A DNA stretch of 64,000 nt from an uncultured candidatus Porisulfidus sp. (GTDB lineage: Bacteria; Pseudomonadota; Gammaproteobacteria; Poriferisulfidales; Oxydemutatoraceae). The stretch's first letter is position 1; each line of letters starts with the position of its first letter. Positions 51,738 through 61,810 of this stretch are shown here, in pieces. The stretch covers positions 1,184,001-1,248,000 of the forward strand of contig OZ244052.1 of NCBI GenBank assembly GCA_965215125.1, in the 5' to 3' direction. The position numbers and the translations under genes were made by a program. The notes below the pieces were generated by a model. That model had not been told where the DNA came from, did no database searches, and worked only from the letters and a program-made list of their open reading frames with translations.

Positions 51738-53180
51738 TTAAAAACCTTCCCCTACATCGTTATAACCTTTTATAACATTGGGTGTCGCCTGTTCTACGGA
51801 CTCCGCAACTTCCTCGGAAATATAATTTTCAAAGCGCGTATGTTTGCCTATAAATGTTAGCTTGGTGTCAAAGGTAGGGCCGTTGCGTTGTTTGACTATA
51901 TCTACATTGATTGCACCATCGGTTGTTGTAGCTCCGTCTTCTTGTAGATTGCCTTTATCAAGTTCGCGATAAATGACCATGATGAGGTCGGCATCTTGTT
52001 CTATGGCACCGGATTCTCGTAAATCGGACATTTGAGGTTTGGTTCTACGACTTTCGATATTGCGGTTGAGTTGCGACAAAGCAACCACCGGCACGTTGAC
52101 TTCGCGGGCGAGCGACTTTAAGGCACGAGAAATACCGGAGATTTCAACGGCGCGATTTTCAATGGTTCTATCCAGATGCATCAGTTGCAAGTAATCCACG
52201 ATCACCAAAGCAAGGTCGGGTTGTTCGCGCTTGAGTCGTCTTACTCGCGCACAAACATCTATATCTGTTAAGGCACTACTGTCGTCTATGTACAAAGAGG
52301 CTTTCTTAAAAATACCGAGCCATCTTACCAAGTTGGTCCACTCCGTATCGGTCAACTTGCCGTTACGCATATGCATTTGGTCGATTTTTCCGGTAGAAGA
52401 GAATAATCTGGAAATAATTTGTTCGGCGGGCATTTCCATGCTGAAGACGGCAACAGTTCCTTGTTGTTGTTCAATTGCCACATGCGCAGCAATATTCAGT
52501 GCCAAACTGGTTTTACCCATAGAGGGACGGCCGGCAATAATAATTAAATCACCTTTTTGTAATCCACCGGTTTTATTGTCTATGGTGGTGAAGCCGGTGG
52601 GCACACCGGTTATAAGTTCACCCGATTTCAAGCGTTTTTGGATTTGTTCGTATACTACATTACTGAGTTCCGCGATTGAGCGAAGGTCGGTTGCTTTATG
52701 GGTATCGTCCGACACATTGAGTATTAACTGCTCGGCTCTATTCAGTAGCTCTTGGCTACTTTGGTCGCTTTTGTCGTATGCCAGTTCTATCAGTTTTGTC
52801 GCAACGGAGATAAGTCGGCGTTTAGCCGAGTGTTCGCGGACGATGTCGGCGTAGGTCTTAATGCGCGCAGCACTCGGTGTTTCTTTGACCAGCGATGTCA
52901 AATAAGAAAGGGTGTTCTCGTTAGAGCTTTTGGAATTTTTTAAGAAGTTGGATACGGTAATAAAATCGCACGGTTCTCCGCGATGATTTAATTCGTAGAT
53001 TGCATTGAATAGGTCCTGGTTGCGTTTTTCATAAAAGTCGTTTTTCTTCAGAAGATCGGCAATTTTATCAAATGCCTCGGGGTCTAAAAGCAGACCCCCT
53101 ATTACCGCTTGTTCTGCCTCGGTTGAATGTGGAGGAGTATGTGCGCCCGAAGTATTTTTATTCAAAGAAGAGTTTTCCAT
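51738..53180 (-). CDS. dnaB: Replicative DNA helicase
   Basis: PPHS.EAEQ, GRPSMGKT, DYLQL, SQLNR, DLRESGAIEQDAD, KQRNGP; no intein. Confidence 0.98.
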   Translation of the reverse strand: MENSSLNKNTSGAHTPPHSTEAEQAVIGGLLLDPEAFDKIADLLKKNDFYEKRNQDLFNAIYELNHRGEPCDFITVSNFLKNSKSSNENTLSYLTSLVKETPSAARIKTYADIVREHSAKRRLISVATKLIELAYDKSDQSSQELLNRAEQLILNVSDDTHKATDLRSIAELSNVVYEQIQKRLKSGELITGVPTGFTTIDNKTGGLQKGDLIIIAGRPSMGKTSLALNIAAHVAIEQQQGTVAVFSMEMPAEQIISRLFSSTGKIDQMHMRNGKLTDTEWTNLVRWLGIFKKASLYIDDSSALTDIDVCARVRRLKREQPDLALVIVDYLQLMHLDRTIENRAVEISGISRALKSLAREVNVPVVALSQLNRNIESRRTKPQMSDLRESGAIEQDADLIMVIYRELDKGNLQEDGATTTDGAINVDIVKQRNGPTFDTKLTFIGKHTRFENYISEEVAESVEQATPNVIKGYNDVGEGF

Positions 53181-53209
53181 CGTATTATCGGGCAGCTTTA
53201 TTCTATAAT

Positions 53210-53779
53210 TTAGCCACTATCGGCTTTAGGGGCATCGGGAGTTTCTTGCGGGGGGTGGTCTTCGGAGGTCTCTTGCGAGGGGTGGTCTTCGGGTTTTTTT
53301 TGTTGGGTGTTTTCGCCGGAAGATGACTGTTGCGCTGCTACGACTTGTAGCTGTGTCTCCACCTGTACATCGCTATGCAAATGGAATAATATGGAATGCG
53401 ATCCGAGCGAGCGTATTTGACCTTCGGGAAAATTAATCTCTTGTTTTTGTACTTCTATTCCACACTTTTGAAGGACGAGTTCGCAGACCTCCGTAATGCT
53501 GACCGGCCCGTAGAGTTTGCCGTCTTCCATCGCTTGCATGCTGATGGTTAATTCCAAATCTTTTAATTTTTCCGCGCGTTCTTTGGCTGAGGCGCGCTCT
53601 TCGGACACATGTCTTTCGTATTCGGCACGCCGTTGTTCAATTTCCAATCGGTTTTCTTCGGTTGCAAATTTAGCTTTGCCGTAGGGAATTAGATAATTGC
53701 GCGCATAACCTGATCGTACTTTTACGAGATCTCCCACATCTCCTAGATTTTTAATTTTATCTATTAAAATTATTTCCAT
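53210..53779 (-). CDS. rplI: 50S ribosomal protein L9 with repeated C-terminal tail
   Basis: GYARNYLIP, GKLYG; tail has EDHP.QET twice. Confidence 0.96.
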   Translation of the reverse strand: MEIILIDKIKNLGDVGDLVKVRSGYARNYLIPYGKAKFATEENRLEIEQRRAEYERHVSEERASAKERAEKLKDLELTISMQAMEDGKLYGPVSITEVCELVLQKCGIEVQKQEINFPEGQIRSLGSHSILFHLHSDVQVETQLQVVAAQQSSSGENTQQKKPEDHPSQETSEDHPPQETPDAPKADSG

Positions 53780-53805
53780 GCCTGTTATAACCTTTGGGGA
53801 ATTAG

Positions 53806-54030
53806 TTATTGCCTATCCGTATACGGCAATAATGCCAAATATCGTGCGAGTTTGATGGCGTTGGCGAGTTTGCTCTGGTACATAGCTTTAGTGCCGGTTA
53901 CCCGTCTAGGGATAATTTTGCCGGTGTCCGAGATGTACTCTTTCAAGAGTTCTATATCTTTATAGTCTATCTCTTGATAGTTCTCTCGTGTGAAGCGGCA
54001 GTATTTTTTAGTTTTTTGTTGGATCAACAT
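53806..54030 (-). CDS. rpsR: 30S ribosomal protein S18
   Basis: [24 protein letters not shown]; GGAG SD before ATG 54030. Confidence 0.95.
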   Translation of the reverse strand: MLIQQKTKKYCRFTRENYQEIDYKDIELLKEYISDTGKIIPRRVTGTKAMYQSKLANAIKLARYLALLPYTDRQ

Positions 54031-54586
54031 GCTCTTTCTCCGTGAGGGTGTCTTGGGTGTTATCAGTTGTCGGGGTTGCATCACCGTTGGATTTTTCATT
54101 ATCACTTCCATCCGGTTGTGTGTCGCCTTCGGTTGCCTCTAAGGCATCCTCTTCGTAAGCTATTGTATCTTCATCAATCTTTCCAATATATTCATATTCG
54201 GGGTCTGAAGAGGATTCTTTTTCTGTATCGGCATCGGGTAGCAATGTCCGCTCCTTTTCAGTTTTTTCCATTGCCCGCATAATAGGCGAATGTTCAACGA
54301 CCGGGTTCTCTTTTCCCAAAATTAAGTTTCTCAATATGGCATCGCTAAAATGGAAGGAATCGGTGATCTCTTTGCGCACTTCTTGCGTACATTCTATGTT
54401 CATCAATACATAGTATGCTTCGCTTGATTTTTTTATGGGATACGCAAGCTGACGAAGTCCCCAATCCTCCAAACGGTGCACCTTGCCGTTGTTTGACTCT
54501 ATAATAGATTTATATTGTTTTATCATTTCCGGTACTTGCGTACTTTGATCGGGGCGTACCAGAAATACAATTTCGTAATGTCGCAT
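54008..54586 (-). CDS. rpsF: 30S ribosomal protein S6 with long acidic C-terminal tail
   Basis: [20 protein letters not shown]; AAGGAG SD. Confidence 0.95.
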   Translation of the reverse strand: MRHYEIVFLVRPDQSTQVPEMIKQYKSIIESNNGKVHRLEDWGLRQLAYPIKKSSEAYYVLMNIECTQEVRKEITDSFHFSDAILRNLILGKENPVVEHSPIMRAMEKTEKERTLLPDADTEKESSSDPEYEYIGKIDEDTIAYEEDALEATEGDTQPDGSDNEKSNGDATPTTDNTQDTLTEKEHVDPTKN

Positions 54587-54747
54587 TAATGTCTCCTTAT
54601 GGTTTTTGCCCGCACGGGCAAGGAACAAAAGAAAACTATTCTAATCAAAAACGCAGAGATGTCAAACGCCCGCACCCTCGGGTGTCAACTTGGGGTCAAA
54701 ATGTAAACTTTATTCGTCTTAGCCGACCGAGATGATAGTATATTTAC

Positions 54748-55173
54748 ATGTTTATTTGGTATAAAGCACTCCATTTGATATTTATGGTTGCGTGGTTTGC
54801 CGGCTTGTTTTATTTGCCGCGCCTTTTTGTCTATCATGCGATGGCTACCGAAGACGCTACGATTAAATGTTTGATGGTCATGGAGCGCAAATTATTCTGG
54901 GGGATTATGACTCCCAGTGCAATATTCACCATGGTTTTTGGATTCGCTATGCTGATAGAGGGATGGGCTGCCTATCAAACCCAATGGTGGTTGCATTTGA
55001 AACTCGTGTTTGTTTTGTTTTTATTGGGGTACCATGTTTGGTGCGGGGTGTTGCTACAATCGTTCAAGCAAGGTAGAAATAAGCACGGTCATCTATGGTA
55101 TCGCTGGTTTAACGAGGTCACCTTTGTCGCATTGGTTGCCATCATATTGCTCGCGGTATTCAAGCCGGCTTAA
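54748..55173 (+). CDS. hemJ: Protoporphyrinogen oxidase HemJ
   Basis: KALHLI..VAWFAGLFYLPRLFVYH, MERKL, RWFNE. Confidence 0.92.
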   Translation: MFIWYKALHLIFMVAWFAGLFYLPRLFVYHAMATEDATIKCLMVMERKLFWGIMTPSAIFTMVFGFAMLIEGWAAYQTQWWLHLKLVFVLFLLGYHVWCGVLLQSFKQGRNKHGHLWYRWFNEVTFVALVAIILLAVFKPA

Positions 55174-55185
55174 ACCGTAGATAGT

Positions 55186-55635
55186 TCATTCGGGAGATGC
55201 AAAATGCGCCAACACTTTTTCATAGGTTTCGCGCTTAAAAGCCACGATCTCTTGGAGTGGATACCACCAATCCACCCAACACCACCGCTCAAATTCATTT
55301 GCTCTCGTTAAATTGATACGACTATCATTGGTCAATAATTCCAATAAGAACCAAATCTGCTTTTGTCCTTTATAATCCATCTTTAATGTTTCGGGAAATT
55401 GATAATAAAACCATTGATTGGTCGTCCGCACCAACCGCACATGCCGAGCGAGCAAACCGGTCTCCTCTTGTAGTTCTCGCCACATCGCTATCTCGGGTGT
55501 TTCGTCCGGCTCTATGCCGCCCTGAGGGAATTGCCAGGCATCGATTTCCCTGCGTTTACACCACAGTATTTTGCCGTTGCGGTGGCGGATAATCATCCCG
55601 ACACCCGGCCTATACCCATTTTCGTCTAACATCAA
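55186..55635 (-). CDS. rppH: RNA pyrophosphohydrolase
   Basis: GYRP.VG, WQFPQGG, RELQEETG, GQKQIWF. Confidence 0.93.
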   Translation of the reverse strand: MMLDENGYRPGVGMIIRHRNGKILWCKRREIDAWQFPQGGIEPDETPEIAMWRELQEETGLLARHVRLVRTTNQWFYYQFPETLKMDYKGQKQIWFLLELLTNDSRINLTRANEFERWCWVDWWYPLQEIVAFKRETYEKVLAHFASPE

Positions 55636-55702
55636 TCTATCTCAATCCGTGAACCGCATATAATAATACGATTGGGCATTGTATAGATATTTTATCGACA
55701 TC

Positions 55703-56371
55703 ATGGACTTGGTATTATTTGATTTAGACCATACGCTTTTAGACGGCGACAGCGATTTCAGTTGGGGGCAATTCCTGTGCGAAATCGGTGCGGTGGATGC
55801 CGATTATAAAAAACGCAATCACGAATTTTTTGAAGCATATCAACGCGGGGAACTCGATATAACCGAGTATATTAAATTTGTGTTGCAACCGCTTGCGCAA
55901 AACACGATGCCGCAACTGTTGGAATGGCGCGAACAATTTTTAGCGAAAAAAATAAAGCCGATGATTACAACCGAGGCGATAGACCTCGTTCGACTACATC
56001 GGGACAAAGGCGATTTTACGGCGATTATTACCTCTACCAATGCGTTTATCACCGAACCCATAGGCAAGATGTTCGGTATAGAAACAATGATTGCCACGGA
56101 ACCCGAGCTGAAGGATAAATGTTTTACCGGAGACATATCGGGCGTGCCTTGCTTTCGGGAAGGTAAAATCACCTGTTTGGAAAAATGGTTAAACAAAAAC
56201 AAACCGGACTATCAAAAAAGCTGGTTCTATAGCGACTCTTTTAACGACATACCGCTTTTGTCGTGGGTTGATCGTCCTGTCGTGGTCAACGGTGATGCGA
56301 TGCTGATGAAGCACGCGCAGCAAAACAACTGGTCTGTGTTGTCTTTGCGACGGTCTAGCCGTGAACGATGA
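55703..56371 (+). CDS. HAD-IB family hydrolase
   Basis: FDLDHTL, FYSDSFND.PLL. Confidence 0.88.
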   Translation: MDLVLFDLDHTLLDGDSDFSWGQFLCEIGAVDADYKKRNHEFFEAYQRGELDITEYIKFVLQPLAQNTMPQLLEWREQFLAKKIKPMITTEAIDLVRLHRDKGDFTAIITSTNAFITEPIGKMFGIETMIATEPELKDKCFTGDISGVPCFREGKITCLEKWLNKNKPDYQKSWFYSDSFNDIPLLSWVDRPVVVNGDAMLMKHAQQNNWSVLSLRRSSRER

Positions 56372-57011
56372 GATGACGATCGCTAATAATTTCTATATGC
56401 AGGTGTGTCATTCCGGCATCCTTTAGCTGGTCTTTGACTTCATCGGGAGTGAACGCTGCGCGGAGCGAATTGCGAAAATCTCTTTGCAATATCTGCGGTT
56501 CTGTTGCGGCATACTGTTCTACAAGTTGGTCTACGCGTTGTTCGCTTTGAGGTCGGCATAAGTCGGCAATGAAAATACGGGCGTTATCTTTGGCGAGCAT
56601 CTTTACACAACGCCACAGCACTTGTGGGTTATGTAGATGATGCAGAAAGCTGGTTGATAAAATCCCATCATAGCTATTCTTGTCTAAGCGAATTTCGGGA
56701 AGGGTTGTTTTGATTACGCGTATTTGTTGATCAACGTGCTCGCGTTCAAAACGTTTTTTCGCATAGCGCAACATGGCAGCGGAACCGTCTACTGCGTCTA
56801 TGCAGGCTTTAGGACAAAGTTTTGCCAAGCGTACGGTAATTTCACCGTCGCCGCACCCCAAATCAATCCATGCACCGGCTTCGGATAAATCGGGCATACA
56901 ACGCGTAAAATGTTCCATCACTAGACTATGTGGCTGATTGAAATCTGCGTTTGCATAAGCTCGTGCTTGTTCCTCACCGTCCATCAATTCGGCTTCGGGT
57001 ATTCTCTTCAT
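56355..57011 (-). CDS. Class I SAM-dependent methyltransferase
   Basis: IDLGCGDG, VDGSAAML, LHH. Confidence 0.88.
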   Translation of the reverse strand: MKRIPEAELMDGEEQARAYANADFNQPHSLVMEHFTRCMPDLSEAGAWIDLGCGDGEITVRLAKLCPKACIDAVDGSAAMLRYAKKRFEREHVDQQIRVIKTTLPEIRLDKNSYDGILSTSFLHHLHNPQVLWRCVKMLAKDNARIFIADLCRPQSEQRVDQLVEQYAATEPQILQRDFRNSLRAAFTPDEVKDQLKDAGMTHLHIEIISDRHLIVHG

Positions 57012-57031
57012 AGAGGTCTATGCCGGATTTC

Positions 57032-57976
57032 TCAAGTGTGCCAATCGTATCCCGAGAAAAAATCATATTTTTCAATGAGCGATGCTATGGTCTGTTTTTC
57101 TTCTTTTGTCCAATTACGCTCAAAGCGACTCTTATGAGTTTCTTTATTAACAACAGAGGCACAGTCATCTAGATAATCGGAGGAGGCAGGTACTTGTAAA
57201 AAATCACAAATTTTAGCTAATTGTGAACGAGGATTTGCGACCATATCCTCATGCTTTGAATAAAATATATCTTGGGGATCAATTTTTTCGGCAAGCTCTT
57301 CACTTTGCACACAATATCTCAAAAATTCATTAATAGTACTACCGTATCGCTTACTTGTTGAATACATATCATAAGGGTTGCGAACCGTAAAAATGAACTT
57401 CAAATGCGATGTTTTTTTCTCAAGCCGCTTTGTAAGAGTTTTTAGTGTATTAGTACTTAGATCCCTTGTGTTTTGTTCAGAATGTTTTTCTCCTATAACT
57501 TTCAATTGCCCAAAGCGGCCTTGATATTGATTGTGGATAAGAATATAGCGTCCTGCTCTATCTTCTGTCCTAATAGTATTGAATGAAATTTTTTTTAATT
57601 TTAGCCATATGTGCGCTTTAAGTAGAACCTCGTAATCACGCTCTAAAATTTGATTAAATATTTTGTCCAAATTAGAGTGTAGCCGTATGTTTTGCTCAGG
57701 GTGGAGTGCTTCGTCGGCGACAACCATATTAGGATGTGCTGTTAGCAAATAACCAAGTAGTGAAGAACCGGATCGAGGAAAACCTATGGTTAGCAAAATT
57801 ATTCGTATATCTTTGAAAGAATTTCCCCAAACTATTCTTTTACGAGAAGCAATGAAATGACATGTGGTTTCCACAAGTGGTCTAACAATTTCTATATCTC
57901 TAAAAGCACGAATCTTGCGCTTAAACCATAAACACTGCGGATATCTCATAGAATTAATATTTTTAAGGAATTGCAT
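57032..57976 (-). CDS. Sulfotransferase-family protein
   Basis: PAPS-loop GFPRSGSSLL...LTAHP, VRNP.D..S, HEDMVANP; AT-rich. Confidence 0.82.
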   Translation of the reverse strand: MQFLKNINSMRYPQCLWFKRKIRAFRDIEIVRPLVETTCHFIASRKRIVWGNSFKDIRIILLTIGFPRSGSSLLGYLLTAHPNMVVADEALHPEQNIRLHSNLDKIFNQILERDYEVLLKAHIWLKLKKISFNTIRTEDRAGRYILIHNQYQGRFGQLKVIGEKHSEQNTRDLSTNTLKTLTKRLEKKTSHLKFIFTVRNPYDMYSTSKRYGSTINEFLRYCVQSEELAEKIDPQDIFYSKHEDMVANPRSQLAKICDFLQVPASSDYLDDCASVVNKETHKSRFERNWTKEEKQTIASLIEKYDFFSGYDWHT

Positions 57977-57988
57977 CTGTCAACTATT

Positions 57989-59260
57989 TTACTTTGGAGG
58001 TGGCACACATTCGGTCTCTATTAAATCCTGAAGGCTCTCACGACACCGGATAATATCAAAGGTATTACCGTTCACCAACACCTCCATCGGTTTGGGTCTA
58101 GTATTGTAATTGCCGGACATACTAAAGCCGTAGGCACCGGTTGATAGTACGGCGAGTAAATCGTTTGGGCGCAGAATTAGCCGACGCCGGTAGCCCAGAG
58201 CATCTGCACTTTCGCATACCGGTCCTACGATGTCGTAGTCTTTAAGGTCACCTTTGTGCGTTTTAACCGGCACGATGTCGTGCCACGCCTGATATAACGA
58301 AGGACGTAACAGATCGTTCATTGCCGCATCAACCACCGCAAAGTGCTTTTGGTGTGTTTGTTTGATATGTATTACTCGGGTGAGCAACACGCCGGCGTTG
58401 CCGACGACGAAGCGCCCCGGTTCTATCAATAAACGATAGGGACGATCGGCGATGATATTTTTCATCGTGGTTGCATAGTCTAGAGCGTCGGGCGGTGTTT
58501 CGTCCTTATAACGGATACCGAAGCCCCCACCTATATCAATGTGAGTAATTCGTAGCCCATTCTCGCAAAGTCGGTCTGCCGTTTCAACGAGTTGTTGTAG
58601 CGCGGCGGCATAAGGTTCGGGAGACATAATTTGTGAACCGATATGGCATGCGATACCACATTCCCGTAGCAAGGCACTGTGGTGTATTTTTTGATAAAGT
58701 GCTATCGCCTGTTGCCGGTCTACGCCGAATTTATTATGGTGTAAGCCGGTCGCAATATAAGGATGTGTTTCGGCATCTACATCGGGGTTGACGCGTATTG
58801 CAACCGGGGCTGTCACATCGAGTGTACCGGCAACTTTTTCTACTAGTAGGAGTTCCGATTCCGATTCTACGTTAATACAAAAAATACCTGCGCGTAGGGC
58901 AGCTTCTATTTCCCATTGTTGTTTGCCCACGCCCGAGAATACGGTTTTCCCGGTGTCGCCGCCGCCTCGGCGCACCCGTTCAAGTTCGCCGCCCGAGACG
59001 ATATCAAAACCGCTACCGAACTGCGCCAATAGATTGAGTATCGCGATATTGGAACACGCCTTGACCGCATAATGGATTTGGTATTGTTGTCCGTTGAATG
59101 CGTCGGACAAGGTATGCAAGTTTTTTTCAATCGCGGCTTTTGAATAAACATAAACGGGTGTGCCACATTCATAGGCTATTTTTTCAAAAGGGACATCCTC
59201 GCAATATAGTTTTCGGTGCACCGAATGTAAGGACGGTGCCGTATAACTATAATCTTTCAT
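57989..59260 (-). CDS. lysA: Diaminopimelate decarboxylase
   Basis: YAVKA, FDIVSGGE, HIGSQ, EPGR, GPVCES; start moved to ATG 59260. Confidence 0.96.
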   Translation of the reverse strand: MKDYSYTAPSLHSVHRKLYCEDVPFEKIAYECGTPVYVYSKAAIEKNLHTLSDAFNGQQYQIHYAVKACSNIAILNLLAQFGSGFDIVSGGELERVRRGGGDTGKTVFSGVGKQQWEIEAALRAGIFCINVESESELLLVEKVAGTLDVTAPVAIRVNPDVDAETHPYIATGLHHNKFGVDRQQAIALYQKIHHSALLRECGIACHIGSQIMSPEPYAAALQQLVETADRLCENGLRITHIDIGGGFGIRYKDETPPDALDYATTMKNIIADRPYRLLIEPGRFVVGNAGVLLTRVIHIKQTHQKHFAVVDAAMNDLLRPSLYQAWHDIVPVKTHKGDLKDYDIVGPVCESADALGYRRRLILRPNDLLAVLSTGAYGFSMSGNYNTRPKPMEVLVNGNTFDIIRCRESLQDLIETECVPPPK

Positions 59261-59370
59261 TGCGTTTCTTTTTGTTGCATTTCTTCGGGCGGCAGGTACA
59301 GCGGTCCCGATTGCCCGCAAGCACCGAGCAGTAATATCATCAATAAGCAAAAAGCAGTGGTGGTTCGCAA
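59257..59370 (-). CDS. lptM: Small lipoprotein LptM/LppL (YifL), 37 aa, absent from ORF track
   Basis: Lipobox LLGAC followed by GQSGPLYLP; TGA overlaps the lysA ATG. Confidence 0.85.
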   Translation of the reverse strand: MRTTTAFCLLMILLLGACGQSGPLYLPPEEMQQKETQ

Positions 59371-59430
59371 ATCAAGCCCTATCTAAGTATGTTATAATTG
59401 CCTAGTTTATCAGATGAGAGGTAGCAATAT

Positions 59431-59874
59431 ATGGACAATCGTCGTAGAGAATTTATCGAAAAAAGCATCGCCGCCGGCATTGCCTCTTTGGTGGCACCGT
59501 CGTTGGCATTCGCCGAGTGGCCGCAAGTTGCATTTGAGAAGACCGACTTGGCGCAAGCAATCGCCGCTATTTCGCAAGGCGATCCACAAGACGGAGACAT
59601 CACTTTGGTCGCACCCAAAATTGCCGAAAACGGAGCTCAAGTCAGAGTTGAAGTGGAGGCTAATATGGACAATGTAGAGTGGATTAGTATTCTAGTCGAT
59701 AAAAATCCCGTGCCGTTGACCTCTCAATTTCTAATGATGGGAGAGAGCGAGCCTTTTGTTGCCGCGAACATAAAAGTGCGTGAGACTTCTAATGTGATCG
59801 CACTCGTCAAAGCCGATGGCAGATATTATAGTGCGCGCCAAGAAGTCAAGGTCACCGCCGGCGGTTGTGGTTAG
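59431..59874 (+). CDS. soxY: Sulfur carrier protein SoxY
   Basis: Tat motif RRREF, APKIAENG, KNPVP, C-terminal VTAGGCG. Confidence 0.93.
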   Translation: MDNRRREFIEKSIAAGIASLVAPSLAFAEWPQVAFEKTDLAQAIAAISQGDPQDGDITLVAPKIAENGAQVRVEVEANMDNVEWISILVDKNPVPLTSQFLMMGESEPFVAANIKVRETSNVIALVKADGRYYSARQEVKVTAGGCG

Positions 59875-59889
59875 CCTTGGGAGCGAATA

Positions 59890-60201
59890 ATGGAAAAAAC
59901 GATCAAAATGCGGATTAGCAAACAAGATGACGAAGTAATCGTCAAAGCGTTAATCAAGCATCCTATGGAAACCGGACGTAGGGTTGACGAAGAAACCGGC
60001 GAGACGATCCCGGCAAACTTCATACAGACGGTGATCGGCGAATACGAAGGTAAAAAAGTCTTCACCGCCTACTGGGGAACCGGTGTCTCTCAAAATCCGT
60101 TTATCTCTTTCAAGTTCAAGGGAGGGGAAGAATCCAAAGTAGTCAAACTGAGTTGGTTTGATAACCAAGGACAATCGGATAGTTTAGAGGTTGCTATCTG
60201 A
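59890..60201 (+). CDS. soxZ: Sulfur carrier protein SoxZ
   Basis: HPMETG, IPANFI, VSQNP, W.DNQG. Confidence 0.93.
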   Translation: MEKTIKMRISKQDDEVIVKALIKHPMETGRRVDEETGETIPANFIQTVIGEYEGKKVFTAYWGTGVSQNPFISFKFKGGEESKVVKLSWFDNQGQSDSLEVAI

Positions 60202-60283
60202 CTACCTGACACCCCTCCTGCAGAGGAAGGCTAACATGCTCTTCCATAAAGGGAATAGTTCGCCCTTAAATATGTAGCTTACG

Positions 60284-60310
60284 GTAGGGTGTGCTACATA
60301 TTTATAGCAC
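60284..60310. repeat. GTAG-type REP-like hairpin
   Basis: gtagggt gtgcta...tagcac; single copy seen. Confidence 0.35.
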
Positions 60311-60448
60311 GTAGTTTTCCTTATATCGTGTATCATAGGTACTAGTGAATATGCATTTTGATGCTTAAAGCTGTAAGCAACGAGATACAGGCATAAATCA
60401 ACTATCCCTACACCATGAACATAGTTTTAGTACTTATAGCTTATCGGT

Positions 60449-61810
60449 ATGTTAATTGAAGTCAAAAAAGGGCTGGATATTCCGCTATCGGGTGAACCCG
60501 AACAGCGCATAGAAGACCGCGCTCCACCCTCGCGCGTTGCAGTGGTATTTAGGGCTTATCATAATCTAAAGCCGCATTTGAATGTGTCGGTAGGTGATGA
60601 AGCGGCAAAGGGTCAAGTGTTGGCGGAAAATAAAGTTTTACCGGGCGTTTGCTATACCTCGCCGGCGAGCGGTGTTATAGAAGCTATCCACCGCGGCGAG
60701 CGACGCAAACTTTTATCGATAGTGATACGTCTCGAAGGTCAACGCAATAGGCAATTTGATAAATTCGATGTAGACCAACTGGCATCGTTGGATAGGGCGC
60801 AAGTACAAAGCCAACTGTTGACCTCGGGTTTATGGACAACCTTGCGTACCCGTCCCTATAGTGAGACTCCGGAACCCGACAGCATGCCTCATTCTATTTT
60901 TGTAACCGCAATGGACAGTCGTCCGCTGGCTGCCGACCCGCAAGTGGTAATCACTGCCACTAAGAAGCAATCGCAATACTTTAACGCCGGATTGAAGATA
61001 CTCTCGCGGTTGGGAGACAACACAATATATGTTTGTGTTGCCCAAGGTTCCAAAATCACCGTGCCGGAGAATCAACAGCTAAAGCGCGTAGAATTTTCCG
61101 GTCCGCATCCTGCCGGTTTGTTAGGAACGCATATACATTTCTTAGATCCTATCTACGGCGATAAAACCGTATGGGGAATAGGTTATCAAGATGTTGTTGC
61201 GATAGGCGAGCTATTTTTAACCGGCATCTATCCGGCGCATCGGGTTATTTCTTTCGCCGGTCCTGCGGTTAAAAGCCCGCGTTTGTTACGGGTACAGATA
61301 GGTACTCCGTTGCACGATATATGTAGCGGAGAGTTGCATACCGACGCAGCGCGCATCATCGCAGGTTCGCCGTTGGACGGCTCCGATATTGTCGAAGAAA
61401 CCGCATATCTAGGTGCATTTGAGTTGCAAGTCTCGGTTCTGCCCAAACAAGCACAGGTACCTTTGCTGGCGTGGCTGCGTCCGAGTCTCAATTTATTTTC
61501 AATCACCCGAGCTTTCCCGTTGTCCTCGTTCGGGAAAGATAAACCCAAATGGTCTTTTACATGCATGCAAAACGGTAGCAAGCGCGCAATAGTTCCTATA
61601 GCACTTTACGAACGTGTAATGCCGTTGGATTTATTGGCAACCCAACTGATTAAATCGCTATTGGTTATGGACACCGATACATCGCAACAACTAGGGTGTC
61701 TGGAACTCGACGAAGAGGATTTGGCTTTATGTGCTTATGTCTGCCCCGGCAAGCACGATTTAGGACCTATATTGCGTAGGAACTTGGAAAAAATCAAACA
61801 GGAAGGATAA
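60449..61810 (+). CDS. nqrA: Na+-translocating NADH:quinone reductase subunit A
   Basis: KKGLDIP, GPHPAG, LELDEEDL.LC.YVCP. Confidence 0.95.
   Translation: MLIEVKKGLDIPLSGEPEQRIEDRAPPSRVAVVFRAYHNLKPHLNVSVGDEAAKGQVLAENKVLPGVCYTSPASGVIEAIHRGERRKLLSIVIRLEGQRNRQFDKFDVDQLASLDRAQVQSQLLTSGLWTTLRTRPYSETPEPDSMPHSIFVTAMDSRPLAADPQVVITATKKQSQYFNAGLKILSRLGDNTIYVCVAQGSKITVPENQQLKRVEFSGPHPAGLLGTHIHFLDPIYGDKTVWGIGYQDVVAIGELFLTGIYPAHRVISFAGPAVKSPRLLRVQIGTPLHDICSGELHTDAARIIAGSPLDGSDIVEETAYLGAFELQVSVLPKQAQVPLLAWLRPSLNLFSITRAFPLSSFGKDKPKWSFTCMQNGSKRAIVPIALYERVMPLDLLATQLIKSLLVMDTDTSQQLGCLELDEEDLALCAYVCPGKHDLGPILRRNLEKIKQEG

Noticed and set aside
54031-54111. Long rpsR N-terminus overlapping rpsF
   Set aside because: ATG 54030 has a GGAG SD and gives a normal-length S18
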